Assembly: GCA_963744145.1 (NCBI GenBank)
Contig: CAVUSO010000001.1
Span: 3,584,001 to 3,648,000 of the forward strand
Source: an uncultured cyanobacterium
GTDB lineage: Bacteria; Cyanobacteriota; Cyanobacteriia; Cyanobacteriales; CAWUOF01
Reading direction: 5' to 3'
DNA length: 64,000 nucleotides
The position numbers and the translations under genes were made by a program. Positions 60,856 through 64,000 of this stretch are shown one piece after another. Under the pieces are notes generated by a model. The model was not told where the DNA came from and searched no databases. It was given only the letters and a program-made list of their open reading frames with translations. Each line of letters begins with the position of its first letter. Position 1 is the first letter of the stretch.

Positions 60856-63354
60856 TTATATACCTTTACATTGTAAGGGTTTAAGCCAAGCTGAATCCCC
60901 GGTTAAATTTGCTGTATAAGTAGTTAATTGGATTTTTCCCCCTGGAGCGATTACCCAACCTGTTGCTTCCACCAATTGATGGGGCTGTTGTGGCACCCAA
61001 CGCGAATTTTGACTAAATTTTTGGGGACGGGCGTTTTCTGATGCGGAAAAATCTTGCCAATCTCGCCAAATTGTTTGACCTCTGATTGTTGCAGTTGCAT
61101 CTTCTGGTAAACCACCAAGTCCAGTTACGGTTAAGGAGTTACCTTGATTAGCAGCACATCCTACCACGACTTGGTGAGTGGGATCTTGGACTGTATCTGG
61201 TAATATTACTAATCCAGAAGTAGGGTTTACTGTGGGATTGTTAATATCGATCGTGCCAGAAACTCCAAACTGGGAACTAGCAGTAATATCACTATCGGGA
61301 GAACGAAATAGTCCTTGGGTGATGATATTAATATTACCACCTTGACCTTTAACTGCATTAGCAATAAGGTTACTATTTTCGAGCAGAGCTAGGGTATTTG
61401 TATCAATATGGAGGTTGCCACCATTACCATTACCCCCAGCAGTAGCAGTAATAGTGCTGTTATGCTTTAGTTGGATATTCTGTCCTTGCAAGATAATATT
61501 ACCACCTTCACCATTAGCAGTAGTGGCAGTAATACCTCCCGCATTGTTCAGAAAAATTGAACCAGCATTGATATTCAGTGTACCAGCATTACCTAGTCCT
61601 TGATTGGTGACATTGATTAAACCACCATTGAGGACGTTCAATTTAGGAGTGTTGATGGTGATATTTCCTGTTTTGCCACTTGGTACGGGAGGTAATCCTA
61701 GTAATTGTTGTATCGCTTGAGTAGGCATCTGGGCAGATGCTGTGATCTGAGATGGATTTAGAGTTTCTACTGCTAGACCACTTACTTCCACGGATTTGAG
61801 AGCATTGATAGTCACATTACCAGCATTACCATTAGCATAAGTTGCACTAGCAATTTCTCCGCCATCAGCGATGTTTAAGGTTGAGGTATTAATTGTTAAA
61901 CTACCACCATTTCCTATGCTATAGGCTGATCCATCGAAACTACTAGCAATTTTAGTAGATCGGCCTGTTCCCGTACCAATAATATTTATGCTATCTGCCG
62001 AAATAGTGAATTTGCCGCCTGCCCCAGAACTTAATGTACCATTAAATATAAATGCTCCATTTAAAATATTCAATTGACTGGTTGATAGAGTTAAATTTCC
62101 CGCTGGTGCCAGACCGTAAGTAGTTGAAATAATGGCCGAAGGATAAGTATTTAATACCACCGATTTAGAAGCATTTATATTCACATCTCCACTTTGGCCA
62201 GTAGCAAAATCTATAGTAGCTATTTGAGCGCCATTTTCGATCAATAAGCTTTTAGTTGAAATCTGGATATTTCCACTATTTCCAGTTGTTAATGCTGGGG
62301 TATATATGGTAGTTGGAAGTATTCCATCTGCGGAAAATCCACTTATTTGGACAGATTCTGAGCCATTAATCGCAATATTTCCTGTTGGTTTAATTCCATC
62401 ATTTTCAATCAATATAACTGAGCCGTTATTGATCATTATGTTTCTACCTTGCACTGCAATCAGTCCACCTCCTTGACTACTACTAGCATCAAGTAATGAC
62501 TTTTGCGATAAATTTATATCAGTCAAATTTTGGGCATCTTGATAGTTAAAAATCCATCCGGTTGCTGTGGAATTAAAACTCACATTCCCCGCCCCAACAC
62601 TACCTAGCTCAATTCGTCCTCCTAGTGCTACTAATACACCTCCTTGCAAGTTAATTGCACCTCCAATTAAAGCTAATGATTGACCCTGTGATACTTGCAA
62701 GCTGCTCGGATTATTCCCTCTGATCAATTGTTGAACTGGTGATGATGAATCAATAGTTATAGCAGAACCTAAACCAGTCACATTAATTGCTCCCACATTT
62801 TGACCAATCTGTAAACCAACTGGCACACTCATTGTTAGTAATGGTGCGGTTTGAGGATTACTGGCACTAAATCCAGTTCCATCTGCAAAACTAATCCTAT
62901 TTGCGGTACTTCCTAAAAATGACCCACCAATATTTAATGCTGCATGAGTACCAAAATTAATCCCATTCGGATTGAGGAAAAATAAGTTAGCTGTCCCATT
63001 AGCTTTGAGGGTACCATCAATATTAGAACTGGAATTCCCCGTAACACGAGTAATAATATTTTGGATATCTAAAGCATTATTAAAAAATGCTGTACTCCCA
63101 GTTGGGACAGAAAAACTCGCTAAACTATGAAATAAGTTACCACCTACTCTACTACCACCAGTGATTGTTAAATCCTGACCATTGGGGACAACAATAGAAT
63201 TATGAGGGAGGGTTTGATCGGGGCTAATTTGTGCTGTGACTCGACTAGACAGTAAAGGTATAGCAAGGAGGATAACCCAGGATAATTGGGAACAGACCAG
63301 GTGACACTGACCTAAAAAATTACGCTTGTTAATGGAACTGATAAGCATTATCAA
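60856..63354 (-). CDS. TpsA-like exoprotein, copy 3
   Basis: Same architecture as copy 1. Confidence 0.9.
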   Translation of the reverse strand: MIMLISSINKRNFLGQCHLVCSQLSWVILLAIPLLSSRVTAQISPDQTLPHNSIVVPNGQDLTITGGSRVGGNLFHSLASFSVPTGSTAFFNNALDIQNIITRVTGNSSSNIDGTLKANGTANLFFLNPNGINFGTHAALNIGGSFLGSTANRISFADGTGFSASNPQTAPLLTMSVPVGLQIGQNVGAINVTGLGSAITIDSSSPVQQLIRGNNPSSLQVSQGQSLALIGGAINLQGGVLVALGGRIELGSVGAGNVSFNSTATGWIFNYQDAQNLTDINLSQKSLLDASSSQGGGLIAVQGRNIMINNGSVILIENDGIKPTGNIAINGSESVQISGFSADGILPTTIYTPALTTGNSGNIQISTKSLLIENGAQIATIDFATGQSGDVNINASKSVVLNTYPSAIISTTYGLAPAGNLTLSTSQLNILNGAFIFNGTLSSGAGGKFTISADSINIIGTGTGRSTKIASSFDGSAYSIGNGGSLTINTSTLNIADGGEIASATYANGNAGNVTINALKSVEVSGLAVETLNPSQITASAQMPTQAIQQLLGLPPVPSGKTGNITINTPKLNVLNGGLINVTNQGLGNAGTLNINAGSIFLNNAGGITATTANGEGGNIILQGQNIQLKHNSTITATAGGNGNGGNLHIDTNTLALLENSNLIANAVKGQGGNINIITQGLFRSPDSDITASSQFGVSGTIDINNPTVNPTSGLVILPDTVQDPTHQVVVGCAANQGNSLTVTGLGGLPEDATATIRGQTIWRDWQDFSASENARPQKFSQNSRWVPQQPHQLVEATGWVIAPGGKIQLTTYTANLTGDSAWLKPLQCKGI

Positions 63355-63553
63355 ATCTCTTTATTGACCGAATATTTGGTAAAATTTGGTATTTGGCTCA
63401 CCCGGATCTACACTGATAATTAGTATTTATACTATCTAGCTCATTGATGCTTGATTTTCTATTTCCTGCATTTAGATATTTGGCGATCGCCTAGCAACCA
63501 GGCTGTAACTAGAAAATACAATTAGCAAAAAAAGATAAATTTATGACAAAAAT

Positions 63554-64000
63554 TTATATACCTTTACATTGTAAGGATTTAAGCCAAGCTGAATCCCCGG
63601 TTAAATTTGCTGTATAAGTAGTTAATTGGATTTTTCCCCCTGGAGCGATTACCCAACCTGTTGCTTCCACTAATTGATGGGGCTGTTGCGGCACCAAAAA
63701 ACGCGAATTTTGACTAAATTTTTGGGGACGGGCGTTTTCTGATGCGGAAAAATCTTGCCAATCTCGCCAAATTGTCTGACCTCGGATCATTGCAGTTGCA
63801 TCTTCTGGTAAACCACCAAGTCCAGTCACGGTTAAGGAGTTACCTTGATTAGCAGCACATCCTACCACTATTTGATGGGTGGGATCTTGAACTGTATCGG
63901 GTAATACAATTAATCCAGAACTAGGGTTTACTTCTGGACTATTGATCGTGATCGTGCCAGAAACTCCAAACTGGGAACTGGCGGTAATATTACTATCAGG
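63554..64000 (-). CDS. TpsA-like exoprotein, copy 4 (3' end only; continues past the window edge)
   Basis: C-terminus nearly identical to that of copy 3. Confidence 0.85.
   Translation of the reverse strand, partial: PDSNITASSQFGVSGTITINSPEVNPSSGLIVLPDTVQDPTHQIVVGCAANQGNSLTVTGLGGLPEDATAMIRGQTIWRDWQDFSASENARPQKFSQNSRFLVPQQPHQLVEATGWVIAPGGKIQLTTYTANLTGDSAWLKSLQCKGI

Noticed and set aside
55701..64000. Contact-dependent inhibition (CdiA/CdiI) or diversity-generating retroelement
   Set aside because: The C-termini are conserved rather than polymorphic. There are no immunity ORFs between copies and no reverse transcriptase or adenine-specific variation was seen.

Overview
AT-rich cyanobacterial chromosome segment, identified by abundant HIP1 GCGATCGC sites, pex/ccb1-like genes and an SSADH plus 2-oxoglutarate-decarboxylase-like pair. 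Core genes include a glycosyltransferase/TPR pair, xth, tamB, murQ, proB, pyrE and a CAU tRNA. Between them lie two accessory zones. The first (about 9-17 kb) holds BrnTA, an uncharacterised three-gene membrane cluster and a nested MITE > IS4 > REP-like structure. The second (about 34-45 kb) holds toxin-antitoxin relics, a destroyed FAAL-carrier-condensation NRPS starter hit by ISAs1 and nested IS630s, and an IS607-like TnpB-only element. The best candidate for an uncharacterised system is the minus-strand locus at 49.4-64 kb. It encodes at least four tandem mosaic TpsA/FHA-like exoproteins, an exported TPR-CHAT (caspase/HetF-like) protease, a DUF928 protein with seven 22-aa peptide repeats directly after its signal peptide, and a CHASE2 histidine kinase. 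This arrangement suggests extracytoplasmic protease/peptide signalling, which is an inference. Other highlights are a 28-bp GTAG-type palindrome seen only inside dead transposase genes, a mini-IS605 that keeps an omegaRNA-like end and splits the tRNA promoter, and a CAU tRNA with an enlarged variable arm. Several +1 frameshifts may be assembly errors. All family assignments come from motif recognition; no database searches were run.
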